Source: Octopus vulgaris
Taxonomy: Eukaryota
Length of the DNA stretch: 64,000 nucleotides
Direction of reading: 5' to 3'
Assembly (NCBI GenBank): GCA_951406725.2
Contig: OX597821.1
Span: 3,410,001 to 3,474,000, forward strand
This document shows positions 12,451 through 24,778 of the stretch, in pieces. The notes beneath the pieces were generated by a model. It saw only the letters and a program-made list of their open reading frames with translations. It was not told the DNA's origin and made no database searches. Every line of letters starts with the position of its first letter. Within the stretch, counting starts at the first letter, position 1. A program made the translations under genes and the position numbers.

Positions 12451-13324
12451 ATATCAGAAGGTCCAGTGCAAGTGAATTGATTCGACTCCCTGTTTGATTC
12501 GTTGGACAGGCAACAGAATATTTCTTCCCTGTATTGCGCATATCACACTCTTATACATCAGTAAATTTGGGGTTTCGAATAAAGTTGGTTTAATAAACAA
12601 TTAGTGCAACTATGTTTGCCTTAATTTTGTTGAAGAAAAACAAATCAAGCAAGATGTATTTGATATTTGAAAGATTCCGCACTACCTAAGAAAAAAGTTG
12701 CATCGGGAAAAAATTTCTTGAATTTTCCTTGTCCTCTTTCGACTCACGCTATCCTCCAGCCACTTAAAACTAAAATAACAAAATCTGAACAAATCAAAAG
12801 ATCGCCATACACTATATCGCAATAGTTGGTGAGGCTTTAAAATATTTTATGGATAATTGTCCTCACAATGGCGTCCGTTATTGTACAGGAGACATGAAAC
12901 TTCATGTGTTTATCACGAAAGACAGTTTTATGCTATTTTTTTCCTCGAGAATTCAATGTACGTTAATAAACGTGCCGTCAGGAGGGGTTCTTTCCATGTT
13001 TGTTTGAACACAAAATTGAAAACGCTAAATACAAGTTCATTTGTAAAAGCAAAAGAAAAAAGATATTTTTTCTTTCAGGTGACACGCAACCAACATTTCA
13101 ATCGACAAATGTTGGAACACCAAACCAATCGAAGAATCGATAGGCAAGAACGTGCTGTCATGTCGAAGAAACTGGAAACCAAAAAGTAGAAACTAATTTC
13201 TCGAATGCATGAAAACCCAGTATTGAAAACAAAGTTTGGTGCATCATATAATATGGCATGTCTAATAGGCGGAATAATATTGATTGACCATCTGTGAAAG
13301 AGAGTCGTAGGTCTCGTTACTTAC

Positions 13325-13362
13325 AGTATATCTCGGACAAAGACCATGTGTAGAAAAACCAA
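13325..13362 (-). pseudogene. Small N-terminal exon of the receptor-like pseudogene
   Basis: Strong acceptor cttcatttttttcag and donor GTAAGT; GFSTHGLCPRYT ends in phase 0, matching the next acceptor tttttggtttccag at 13172. Confidence 0.5.
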
Positions 13363-13696
13363 CTGAAAAAAATGAAGATAGTAAGATAGTCCTTTGTGGC
13401 ACTGCTACGTTATGTTGGCGATTAAACTTTAATATATATATGTGCGTCTCTGTGTGTGAGTGCGTGCGTATGTCTGTGTGTTATATATGTGTGTAGATTA
13501 TAGAAGTATATATATAATATATGTATATATGTGTGTGCGGGTATATATATATATAAAATTAGTGCACATTTATACACAAAAGAGGTAACCCCTAACAGGA
13601 TACCGTACATGATAAAAGGAAGTGTATACATATGTATGTAGATAGCTAATTGTAATACATTATTTAAGCAAACACAGCATACATATATACATATAT

Positions 13697-13965
13697 GAGT
13701 AATGAGAGAGAGTCCACATGTGGTCACTCTAACGCTAGATATAGATGCACGAAGGGAATCCACCACTAAAGAAATGTTCTCCAGAATTAATTCAGCGCGC
13801 CAAGAATGTAGGCGAGCAGGACTCTATACAATTGTTTCACGTTAATAGATTGTGTAATTTTACTTACATAATCATTTTCGGATCTTCAGTAGAGTATATC
13901 AAAAAAATATAATTTGCTGAGTCGAACGCGTTAGAGTGACCACATGTGGACTCTCTCTCATTACT
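13697..13965. repeat. 38-bp perfect inverted repeat enclosing a hammerhead-like motif
   Basis: agtaatgagagagagtccacatgtggtcactctaacgc at 13697-13734 and its exact reverse complement at 13928-13965. Confidence 0.92.
13821..13895 (-). ncRNA. Minimal type I hammerhead-ribozyme-like motif
   Basis: Minus strand: ACTCTA-CTGAAGA-[stem II]-GAAA-CAATTG-TA-TAGAGT. 6-bp stem I, palindromic stem III, GUA cleavage triplet; base of stem II mismatched. Confidence 0.7.
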
Positions 13966-14147
13966 TGTATTAATAATTTTTACTGTATCCCAGTCTTTAT
14001 ACGCTAGGACACTTGGTGTTTTAAATTGATGTTATTAATTAATATTCAATTTTTTTCAACCTTATTGTGATTTATATGTATATATGTATATATATATATT
14101 TATATGTATATATGTATGTATATATATACGCACATACACACACACGC

Positions 14148-14231
<84 letters not shown>

Positions 14232-14304
14232 GTATGTATGTATCTCTATAATTTGTCTGTGAGTATTAACAACAGTGTTTGCAGTATAGACTTCGACAAT
14301 TTGC

Positions 14305-14533
14305 TATTTCTTTACTACCCACAAGGGGCTGCACACAGAGGGGGCAAACAAGGACAGACAAACGGATTAAGTCGATTATATCGACCCCAGTGCGTAACTG
14401 GTACTTAATTTATCGACTCCGTAAGGATGAAAGCAAAGTCGACCACGGGGGAATTTGAACTCAGAACGCGAAGACAGACGAAATACGGCTATACATTTCG
14501 CCTGGCGTGCTAACGTTTCTGCCAGCTCGCCGA
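14305..14533 (-). mobile_element. SINE family A, full length, tail type 2
   Basis: Colinear with 56047-56245. Confidence 0.85.
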
Positions 14534-15016
14534 TTTATATAATTTGTGCTATATATGCAGCTGCGAAGCAGAAGTAATGTGATTACGACTATGTAATATT
14601 AGTTATTATGCGCGTTAGCAAGGCTGAGTTCAGTACCAAGTGATCAATGTGACACCTTAGTCTTCTTCATAAAGCACAATATCGCTACATGATTCTATAA
14701 TAAATCTCATATAAATCATAAACAGAGTAACCAAAATAATCGTTTTATAATAAAGAGAAGAGTACAAAACCAGTAGCGTCAGTGTTGCTGTGATTAAACA
14801 TTTTGCGTGTTTAAGGCGTCAAAAATTAATATACTAGTAATTATGTTCGCATTATAACCTATGCACATTGTGGACTCTACGTTACCAAAGACATGAATAG
14901 CTACGAGTTAGTGTTTGTATGCATACATAAATACATGCATAATATCTATATGTATATGTTTATATATATATGAATATATATATATGTATATGTTTATATA
15001 TATATTCATATATGCA

Positions 15017-15236
15017 AAGTAACCCGTTGCGCGTTCACTCTCGCAGCGTGGCAGCTTGACCAACTATCTGCCATTATGGATTCTTCCGATGAACAATATA
15101 TATGTATATAAGTAAACATGATTCTTTCAGTTCCCATATACCAAATCCAATCATAAATGTTCATCGAAAGAAGCCATAATGGCAGATAGTTGGTCAAGCT
15201 GCCACGTTGCGAAAATGGACCCGCAACGGTGTACTT
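15017..15236. repeat. Foldback element with ~79-bp imperfect arms and ~62-nt loop
   Basis: Arms 15017-15095 and 15158-15236 with a 33-bp perfect core; peptide MADSWSSCH appears on both strands in the ORF track. Confidence 0.9.
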
Positions 15237-15277
15237 GGGAATCAAGTTTCTTAACACACAATCGAGCCTGTTTCCGT

Positions 15278-15319
<42 letters not shown>

Positions 15320-15499
15320 ATATATTACGGAGATGTACTTGCATGGCAAGTGATTTTATCTGAGATCGTGTGCTGGAAGGAACACTATTGCAGCGTGGAA
15401 GGTGTTTGTAAGCCATTTAAGAAACACACAAAAGCCGTTCGACTCACTTAAACATTGAAGTTTAATTTGTCAAAATATTTTCGTCGCTATAAGTTGCTT

Positions 15500-16258
15500 G
15501 ATGCTACCTTAAGGCACTGTTCTCCCGACTGGCGTCGTTCATTCTTTCCATACTGCTACATGACGTGTCTTTCTTTTGCAATGCTCCTCTCAGGTTCGTC
15601 GATTTTTGCGATGGCTGAACCGAAGGAACAGTATTTTCCCGTGAAATTCTGCTTCGAAAGACGGCGGCCGAAAGATTTATCATGATTAAAAAAGCTTACA
15701 AGTACGCTGCCATGAGAAAATCAACAGTTTATAAGTGGTCCTTTTCACGCTTTACCAATGGCTCTTGTTTGAGGAGCAACCTCGTTCATGAACTGATCTT
15801 GGAGGACCGTCACCGAACAATTGACGAATGTGTTAATATGACTGGTGTGTCTGGAGCTCTTGCCAAAAAATTATAAACGAGGAATTTCAAAAGATAAGAG
15901 TTGCAGCAAAATTTATATTCCGTTTGCTCATGGAATATTAAAAACAGTCACGACTGAATGCGTGTCGTGTACTGAAAGAACAGTTAAAATATGATCCGGA
16001 TCTTTTTTCGAAGATCGTCACTGGTGATGAAATCTGGTAGTACGGAACTTGCAGATGTCGAAGAAATGGATAAAACGATGGAGGCGTTAGAAGGCAACAC
16101 TTCGCAAAAGTCCCGGCACTGCTTCGAAAAGTGGAACACGCGCCTGGACAAATGCATTGCTTGAAATTGAGTATATTGTGAAGGCGATAACAGTAGAAAC
16201 ATGTAAAACTAAATAAAGTAATATTGCAAAATTCCTGTTTCTTTTGGGTATCCCCTAG
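15500..16258 (+). mobile_element. Mariner transposon remnant, internally deleted
   Basis: MAEPKEQ..VKFCF, KKAY...KSTVYKW..RF, ELILEDRHRTI, RVAAKFI.RLL, SKIVTGDEIW*YG, CFEKW..RLDKCI...Y.EGD; right end abuts (TA)n. Confidence 0.85.
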
Positions 16259-16293
<35 letters not shown>

Positions 16294-16393
16294 TATATAT
16301 ACATATACATATATATATATATACTATACATATATACAATGTATTTATATATATACATTATATATATACAGTATATACATATAGTATATATAG

Positions 16394-16493
<100 letters not shown>

Positions 16494-16579
16494 ACTTATA
16501 AACAAAGGGAAGAGAGAAACATTTCTAATGCCAAATATGCCGAAAATAGACACATCGTCAATAACCATATAATTCATCA

Positions 16580-16639
<60 letters not shown>

Positions 16640-16643
<4 letters not shown>

Positions 16644-16855
16644 CAGTGTCTCTGTGTTTGTACCCCGAACATCGTTTGACAACCGATGCTGGTGTGTTTA
16701 CGTCCCCGTACCTTAGCGGTTCGGCAAAAGGGACCGATGGAATAAGTACTAGGCTTATAATGAATAAGTCCTGGGATCGATTTGCTCAACTAAAGGCGGT
16801 GCTCCAGCATGGCTGCAGTCAAATGACTGAAACAATTAGAAGAGTAAATGAGTAA
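16640..16855 (+). mobile_element. SINE family C, 3' half
   Basis: gacaaccgatgctggtgtgtttacgtccccg...gctccagcatggctgcagtcaaatgactgaaaca. Confidence 0.85.
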
Positions 16856-17383
16856 TATATCCAATAATAGGGTCGATTCAGAGCTATAGAAGAAATTTCT
16901 TTATGCGTAGTTGTATATATTTACTTATATTTTCTGGATCTCTGCTTCAGTTATTATATAAGCCGTATACCATGTTTTTCAATTGTATTGGAGAGCCTCA
17001 ACTTTCCAAACACATATGTAGCAGTATGAGATTTCTCAGGTAAGACAATACGATATCATAGCATGACAAGGCTTTTGGATTTAAAACCAATACATTCATC
17101 AGACTTCTATACACTTCCCGTTTCCTCAGTTTCACTCAGAGGGAATGGGTTAAAATGAGAAAATATCATTCGCCTCAAATGCCCTGCAGATATAGGGTAG
17201 TTGCGAAATAACTATATATTTTTAGGTTAATGCCCCTACACATGCATAGAGCTTTTCATACACATATAGATAAATTTACATACACACAGTCATACACACA
17301 GATACATACGTACATATATGTGTGTATGTGAGTGTGTATGCATGTATATATCTATGCATGTATTTATTTGAATGTAAGTTTAC

Positions 17384-17414
<31 letters not shown>

Positions 17415-17474
17415 ATATGTATATACATAACATGTATATACATATATATATATAATATGTATATATATAACATG

Positions 17475-17515
<41 letters not shown>

Positions 17516-17658
17516 TTATATGAAAATAGTAATGCAATACGAGAGTATTGCTTTCCAGTAAAGGATAGCCCGTGAAGGTAAAATTATACATAAAAGTAAA
17601 TAAATGGTACAACGAAGCATTTTCCAGTAAATATCGGTGCTTCGTTGTACCATTTATT

Positions 17659-17710
<52 letters not shown>

Positions 17711-18217
17711 GACATGCGTTTTTTGTGTGTATATATTTACGTGCTAGTTTCGTAAAGATTCCGTATTTCAATATCCAAATTGCTTGAAAAAGGCATTAGG
17801 CAAATATATTGTATAGCAGAAAATATTTAAACGTTTCCTCATCTTTCACTCGAAACAGAAATTACACGTTTACAAAGAACTCGTCTCGCCTTTACATCAA
17901 ATGCCTATGTTCATAATAACACCATTTGCAGCTTCAAGTTTATATTCACACTGGTGTATTAACTGTATTTATGCAAAATACGTAAACCAAAGCAACAAAC
18001 GCATTACATGGTTCTCAAGAGCAAACCGATTTATTATGAGCATCAACTTCAACAATGTCATATTCAATTTTAACATGCAACTTTAAAAAAATTTCTTCCT
18101 GCAACACGATTTATATTTGAATATGCTAATATTATGGTTTATTATATAACAGTTATTTATTGATGTTATAACCAATGGGATTTTATACATTTGATGTTTT
18201 ACTATCTTATTTCTATT

Positions 18218-18334
<117 letters not shown>

Positions 18335-19951
18335 TCATATACATGTAACTGAATATTAAATTCAAAAGGTTATAAAAATAATTCAGATATAAATTATAAT
18401 ATCATTTTGCGCTGCCACACATGCGAAATTGGTAAAAGCACTCAGACGGTGTATATACAATATGTAGCCATTTATGGACAAAAACAACACTTTATCACTC
18501 TTTATCATCCACTTTATCTTACATTCACAGATATTATATATGTAATGGACTTCACGTGTTTTTCAAATAGAGGTTTCTATAGACCAATTTCTATGTAACA
18601 ATATTACATCAGAATTATTCTTTAAAATCATGTAACTCGAATAAGATTCATCATTTCTCTACGCTCTCCTTCCGACAAAGTGTGTTCCCCACGCTCTTTA
18701 ACATTTTTTTTCTGTTTTCCTTTCAAACATCTTGCTGAAATTTCTAGGAAATAAAATGAAATGTAGGAAGACAATTTTCATATTATGAAAAACCCATTAT
18801 CATCTTGATTGAAGTAAATGATATAATTTTCGTATTTCCGTATTCTGTTACATAGCGCAATTGTACTATACAAACGATTGTGTGGAATTTGGAGAAACAC
18901 TGCATGTAAACATGTTTAGCATTTCGTCTCTCCAAAACCTCATTGAATTTTAAAAACAAATCAATCAATAAGTGAGATGATACGTCTAAGCTGAAAATCC
19001 TGCCTTATAATATTAATCGATTGACTAAATTAATTTATCCTTTCTAATAAATGGAATTTTTTATTGTAATAAGTTTAACACTATCTCGCCTGTGTGTCGA
19101 CTAGAAAACATCTACAGAGTCGCTCTACTTGCTAAAGATATCAACCAGATCTCTCTCAAATCATACGACGGTCTTTGAAATAAGAGGAAAATCTAAGTTC
19201 ATTCATTGTTATCTGGTGAAATAGGTGATGGTGACAGAACTGTCTTTAGTCAATACTTTGTTCTATCAGAGTTGAAGCAGGAATGAAGCAACAACGATAA
19301 CTTGAAGAAAACAAACATAAATCATCATCAAAATATTAAAATGACTGTGACGTGGATAAATTTCGAAGTTTGCGGTGTATAGACACCATAGACTGAAGTT
19401 TAGTCTTTATGGAACTAAAGTTACCGAGAACGAATTCTTGCTCCTTAATAGACATTGAAAGTGGGAGCTTCTTCGATCCAACAACGACATTAGGCCTAAG
19501 CTTATCTCGGGTTCTGTAGCACTTCGGTCGCTGAACGTGCAAGACTACAACTTTACGTAACGCAAGTGCGTTACAAGTTAACCATCACATAGTTGTCGAT
19601 AGCAGTCATTTTCCACATGAAGTACCTGAGCTGAATGTATATTGCTCAAGGACATAAAATACCACCCAATTCGGATATCGAACCAGTGATATATTGCCGA
19701 TCAGAACAACACCAAAACAACCAACGTACGTATTTCGTACTTGGATGCATAATAAAATGTTCTTCATGATTTAGATGAATCTATATGAAAATTGAATCAT
19801 ATGCATGCATACACTCCACTCTTTGGGAGAGCATTCTTCACGGCGTCAAATCACAGCCTTACTGGCAAATACACGAACGTATACGTTAAATATATGAGGT
19901 TGATAATTTATATTATATTAGATCTGATAAATGGACATTCCCACTGATATA

Positions 19952-20182
19952 AACGGTGGCCCAAAGGTAGGTTAACAGTTATCACGTAGGCACTTTAACT
20001 TTCTTTTAAAACATTTAATTCAATTCAAATTTCTATCTTACATACTGAAAAGGGAGCTTGACAAAAATAACTAAATTAACATAGAATAATGGTTTCATAT
20101 ATTTTGATTAACATCTAAACTGTTAATACATGAATTCGAAAGAGATAGTTCAATAACTGTAAACCTACTTGGGTCCACTCTG
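19952..20182. mobile_element. Tc1/mariner-type MITE
   Basis: Imperfect TIRs ggtggcccaaaggtaggttaacagtt / aactgtaaacctacttgggtccactctg followed by TA. Confidence 0.7.
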
Positions 20183-20190
20183 TATATATA

Positions 20191-20226
<36 letters not shown>

Positions 20227-20363
20227 GAGTGTTTGGTGTGGTGTACAGAAATTGAATATTGAGAAAAAAAGTCGTCAGAATTTTGGAAAAAATCTTTTTA
20301 TTTCTTCATTATTATTAATGCGAAAGAGATAGTTAAATAACTGTAAACCTACTTTTGGTCCAC

Positions 20364-20432
<69 letters not shown>

Positions 20433-20525
20433 AGTGTTAGGTGTGGTGTACAGGAATTGAATATTGAGAAAAAATAGTCATCAGAATTTGGGAAAAAAAT
20501 CTTTGTATTCCCTCATTATTATTAG
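20137..20525. repeat. Tandem duplication of a ~185-205 bp unit
   Basis: 20137-20320 and 20321-20525 both begin cgaaagagatagtt and share the MITE end, microsatellite and downstream flank. Confidence 0.9.
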
Positions 20526-21046
20526 CGTTTTCTCGAACTTGTCAAATAGAATTTTGTGTAGGTACAAACAGCTGGCTCATTTACATAAAACATGTTTTTA
20601 GAGTTTTGTTTAGAAGAGAACATTGTTTTCCCCTTTTTTTTTGGTTGGGGGATTTCCATGACAATAGAGATAGATAGATAAGAAATATAGTTAGGTAGAT
20701 AGGTTGATAGGTAAATAGATAGCTAGGTAGCCACATAGAGGGGTAGTGAGAGGGAGAGAGCAAAGGGAACCCAACCTTTCGTCTTTTTTATTTAGTCATT
20801 TACCATTGTATTGAAATGGGTTTAAGGATGGTGACCACTCCCAAAAAGAAAATAGGTGTGGTGCGGTTATCACTGATAGTCACTTTTTTCTCTCTTTCCT
20901 CACTTTTTCCCTTCTTTCTTCTTTTCTCTTTTCTTCTCTTTCATTCTCTTTTCCTCTTTCTTTCTTCTCCTCTTTGAGTTATATTTAGAATACAAAATAT
21001 ACTGTCTCCGCTTTTCTTTCAAACATTCAGATATCTTACGCGCCTT

Positions 21047-21106
<60 letters not shown>

Positions 21107-21394
21107 TCAGTTGCGCTGTGTTCTGTTAGGAACGTATTAGAGTACAAATAGAGCTCGTTCACCCTTAGAATTCACAAATAGACGGTAGTATTCTTATGGT
21201 AAACTACCAATTCTAGACTTAGGTTATCCTCGTGTGTGAAAATAAAAAGTAAAAAGTAAAACAGTCAAAAGGAAAAGTAAGAACGGTTAACCAGCTTTTT
21301 CATAATCTCTACAAATGTTTCGATACATACAGATCCACGTATATACAGGATTTAAAGTTAAATTTAATTGTAGCTTTAAATCCTGTATATACTC

Positions 21395-21620
21395 CAACCC
21401 AAAAATCTTAAAAGACTTCTCACAAAGGCAGAATTCAAATCAAAGAATGAATCAGAGTTCTTAGTAAAAGAATGCAGAGATAGTAGATGTGGATCAAGCA
21501 ACAACAGCAACAACATTACATACTGAGAAAGTGAGCGGATATCTTTTACAAAATAAATGCAGATATGAACTGCAAAACGCAAAACATCATATAATGTATT
21601 ACCGGCTTAAATAGTCTGTT
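21395..21620 (+). mobile_element. Penelope-like element fragment (RT-endonuclease linker, start of GIY-YIG region)
   Basis: QPKNLKRLLTKAEF...VKECRDSRCG...KINADMNCKTQNII*CIT then GLN; Cys-rich linker typical of Penelope-like ORFs. Confidence 0.75.
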
Positions 21621-23649
21621 GAACTTGCTGGATAAATTCAAGTGCTCTGATGATTTAAGAGCATTTAGAAAGCTTCTTATGCTTTGATACTGGTGATACA
21701 TTTCTATCTTCAGTCTCTAACTCCTTAAAAACTTTGTAGAAGAGAGATCAAGCAACTTTTAAAAATCGAGATATTACTAAATCGCTAAGCGCAGCCTTTA
21801 TAACCACAACAACAGCGAGCCTCTTCATTTCTTGAGTAAGCTGAGTACGTGACATTATTATTTTCTGAAACAAAGATTATACAGAATTTGCAAAAAAAAT
21901 GCTGCAATGACCCCCAAAAGATATGTGCTAAAATACCTTACGCACCCTGTATGCATATACATATCTATATCTAGATCTATATATATATATATATATATAT
22001 ATATGGAGTAAACAATTGACCAACTACAAAAGAAACCAGCAAAACAATTTTTTCTTCTTCCCTCTCTCCTTTTTCTTCCGTTTCTTCTTTTTCTTTAACA
22101 CACTTTTCAGATACAAACACACACACATGAACGCACACACACGTACACACACATAAATAATGCTCTCGCTCACTTTTACCCATTCATCACCCTCTTGTAC
22201 TATCTTATATCCCTCCCCACCACTACACACTCAATAACACTTTAAATTGGTCAACATTTTTCAACAAGAACTTAGTTTAATTTGAAACCCCCACTACAAT
22301 GGGCGAAAGCACTAATATATGATGTATGATATATGTTATATGATGTATAAAAACATGTTATATACAAATAAATATCTGTAAATATAAAATCATCCGAATT
22401 TCTGAGTACCTCATTTCTTCTAATATAAAATACATCATCTCTAAACCTTCTAATATGTGTGTGTGTGTGTGTGTGTGTGTGCGTGCGTGCGTGTGTATGT
22501 ATGTGTGTGTGTGTGAGAAAAGCATAAAATGAAAGGACAAAAGGAAAACAACCGTATTTTCGATCAAATTTCCTGCGTGTGCCCTTCGTTTCGGTAATAA
22601 CTACTTCCGAGGTTCTGCTAGCAAGGAAGGATATGTAGACTGGGTTTTATCTCCTCGATTCCCCGTATTTGGATTTTTATTCTCTTTCAGAGCAACCCCT
22701 GTTGCTAACCGCGAAGAATAAATTGCCGATTTTCAGTATATCGAACTTCGATATGTGAAGAAATTTATGGTTTATGTCAACAGAGCACTATTGACTCTGA
22801 AAGTGTATGTGTTTGTTTATGTATGTGAGTGTGTAAGTGTGTGTGTGCGTGGCTTTGTATGTGTGTGTGTGCTTGTGTGTATGTGTGTGTGTTGTTTTGT
22901 ATGTGTGTGTGCGTGTTTGTGTGTATATGTGCATGTGTGGTTTTGTATGTGTGTATGTGTGTGTGTATGTATGTGTGTATGTGTGTGTGTAGTTCTCCGT
23001 GTGTGTGCATGTGTGTGTCTGTGTTTATATGTGTATGTATGTGTGGGTGTATATGTGTGTATAAAAATTTTAATATATAACGTTCTTATCTTTTACTTGT
23101 TTCAGTTATAAGATTACGTTGATGGTGAGACACTTCCTTAAAGAGTTTCTGTTGAACGAATCGAGCTCAATACCTATCTTTACAAAACCTGGTACTTATT
23201 CGTTTATATTGCAGAAGCATTAAGTTAAGGAGACATCCACATACCAACACCGGTTGTCAAACGGTGGTTGGTGGAGGGGACAAACACAGGAAACAAGACT
23301 CGCGCAAACTTTAAGGACGTAACAGCGATGAACAAGACTTGCATTCAGTTCTCATCAATCTCCTGTGAAACCTCCTAGGGGGTCAAGTAAATTACAGTAC
23401 CAGTTTGTTCCCCCTCGCTCTGAACTTTGGAATTCCCTTCCACAGTCTTGTTTTCCTCTTCGATATGAGCTCCAATCTTTTAAGTCTAATTTACATCGTC
23501 ACCTACTGACATCTGTTTTATTCTAGTAGCTCTTATGTTTTCAGTGGTCTAAGGATCTTGTAACGAGCGAATGCTTTAAAAAAAAAAACGCATACACACA
23601 CGCACGCACAAATACACGCATACACACACAGACTCATACAAAATGTTTG

Positions 23650-24325
23650 GCTCTCAATCACATGTTCCCGGGTTTCAGTTCCCCTGTATGGTGTCATGAG
23701 CAAGTGTCTTTCACTATAGCCCCGGCCCAACGAAATCTTTTCATTGTCCCTGGATTTACTAGACATTAACTAGAGAAACAGTCTCTATATATACTGTATA
23801 TACATATATATATATATTTATATATATATATATATGTAAATAGGGAGAGTTTACGAAAAGAACAAAAGACGAAGACAGGTGGTGTACAAAACAGACAGAT
23901 GTATTAGTATAACGCTCAGGAATAGGAAAAAGTCTTTTACGTTTCGAGCCTACGCTCTTCTACAGAAAGGGACACAGAAAAAACAATGAGAGAAACAAGG
24001 AGAGAAATAATGTGTGTAGTGGCTAACGATCTATCATGGCGACTGATATATATATATTTATATGAACATATGTATTTATCCATGAACGCGTGTACCTTGG
24101 TGAAAGTGCTTGTACACCACCACCACTTGACAGCCTGCATTGATAAATTCGCAACCCCATAAATTAGCTGGTCGGCAGGTGACGGTAGAATAGATACTAT
24201 ACTTCAGAACAAACAAAGATAATAAAACAAAGACTGGAGTAGATTTATTCGATTAATCCCTTGTTGCCGGTGTCCCAGTATATCCGAAGTTCAATGACTT
24301 AAACAAGTAGATAATAAGAAGTAAA
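23650..24325 (+). mobile_element. Degraded SINE family C with another repeat inside its central microsatellite
   Basis: Head about 23650-23790 and tail about 24100-24325, colinear with intact family C copies. Confidence 0.55.
23841..24042 (-). repeat. ~200-bp dispersed repeat carrying a variant hammerhead-like motif (possible Penelope terminal-repeat fragment)
   Basis: Second copy in opposite orientation at 25376-25559; motif at 23934-23969. Confidence 0.75.
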
Positions 24326-24640
24326 AGTTACTTATACGACAACGGAATTTTTCAACTAAATCCTCTCACAAGCCCACACAAATTTTTGATCGGCCCGAAT
24401 CTACAGAAAAAGACAATTGCCCAAGATATTATGCAGCGGAAGTGAACCCTAAGAAGTAGACATCTTGCTACAAAGCAACGCCAGTGCCTATAATGCTATA
24501 TGAAAGGAATCCATCAGTTTCTGCCAGCCAGATTCACTAACAAAGTTTTGGTCTCCCTAGATATTTGCTTGTGAACCATAAATCACGACTACTTGCAAAA
24601 CCTCATATTTGTTAAGCGAATTTCCGAAACATGTAGCCGC

Positions 24641-24778
24641 ATACATGCATACATACATACATACATACATACATACATACATACATACATACATACATAC
24701 ATACATACATACATACATACATACATACATACATGCATGCATACATACATACATACATACATACATACATACATACAT
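24641..24778. repeat. (CATA)n microsatellite
   Basis: Directly visible. Confidence 0.97.

Larger units (their letters stand above)
3250..13362 (-). pseudogene. Unprocessed pseudogene of a single-pass receptor, IL-17-receptor-like (FN3-like ectodomain, TM, SEFIR/TIR-like domain, low-complexity tail)
   Basis: Chain of minus-strand exons with polypyrimidine-AG acceptors and mostly GT donors, largely phase-compatible: 13362-13325, 13171-~13126, 11434-11281, 10782-10639, 10119-~10037, 8668-~8514, ~7705-7345, 4932-~4570, 4521-3250. Contains stops, frameshifts and insertions. Family assigned by eye from motifs. Confidence 0.5.

Noticed and set aside
10077-13380. Apparent plus-strand exons (10077-10134, 10690-10786, 13079-13380) with ag/gt ends
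   Set aside because: Spliced joins give immediate stops in the matching phases; the minus-strand model is phase-compatible and has stronger splice sites
14700-14810. Possible signal-peptide exon on minus (CLITATLTLLVLYSS)
   Set aside because: ATG is out of frame and there is no clear donor; too weak to add to the pseudogene model
21647-21675. CTGATGA...GAAA near the Penelope fragment
   Set aside because: No convincing stem II or cleavage triplet
22578-22697. Minus-strand hammerhead-like arrangement
   Set aside because: Core and cleavage triplet are both non-canonical; cannot be supported without a family consensus
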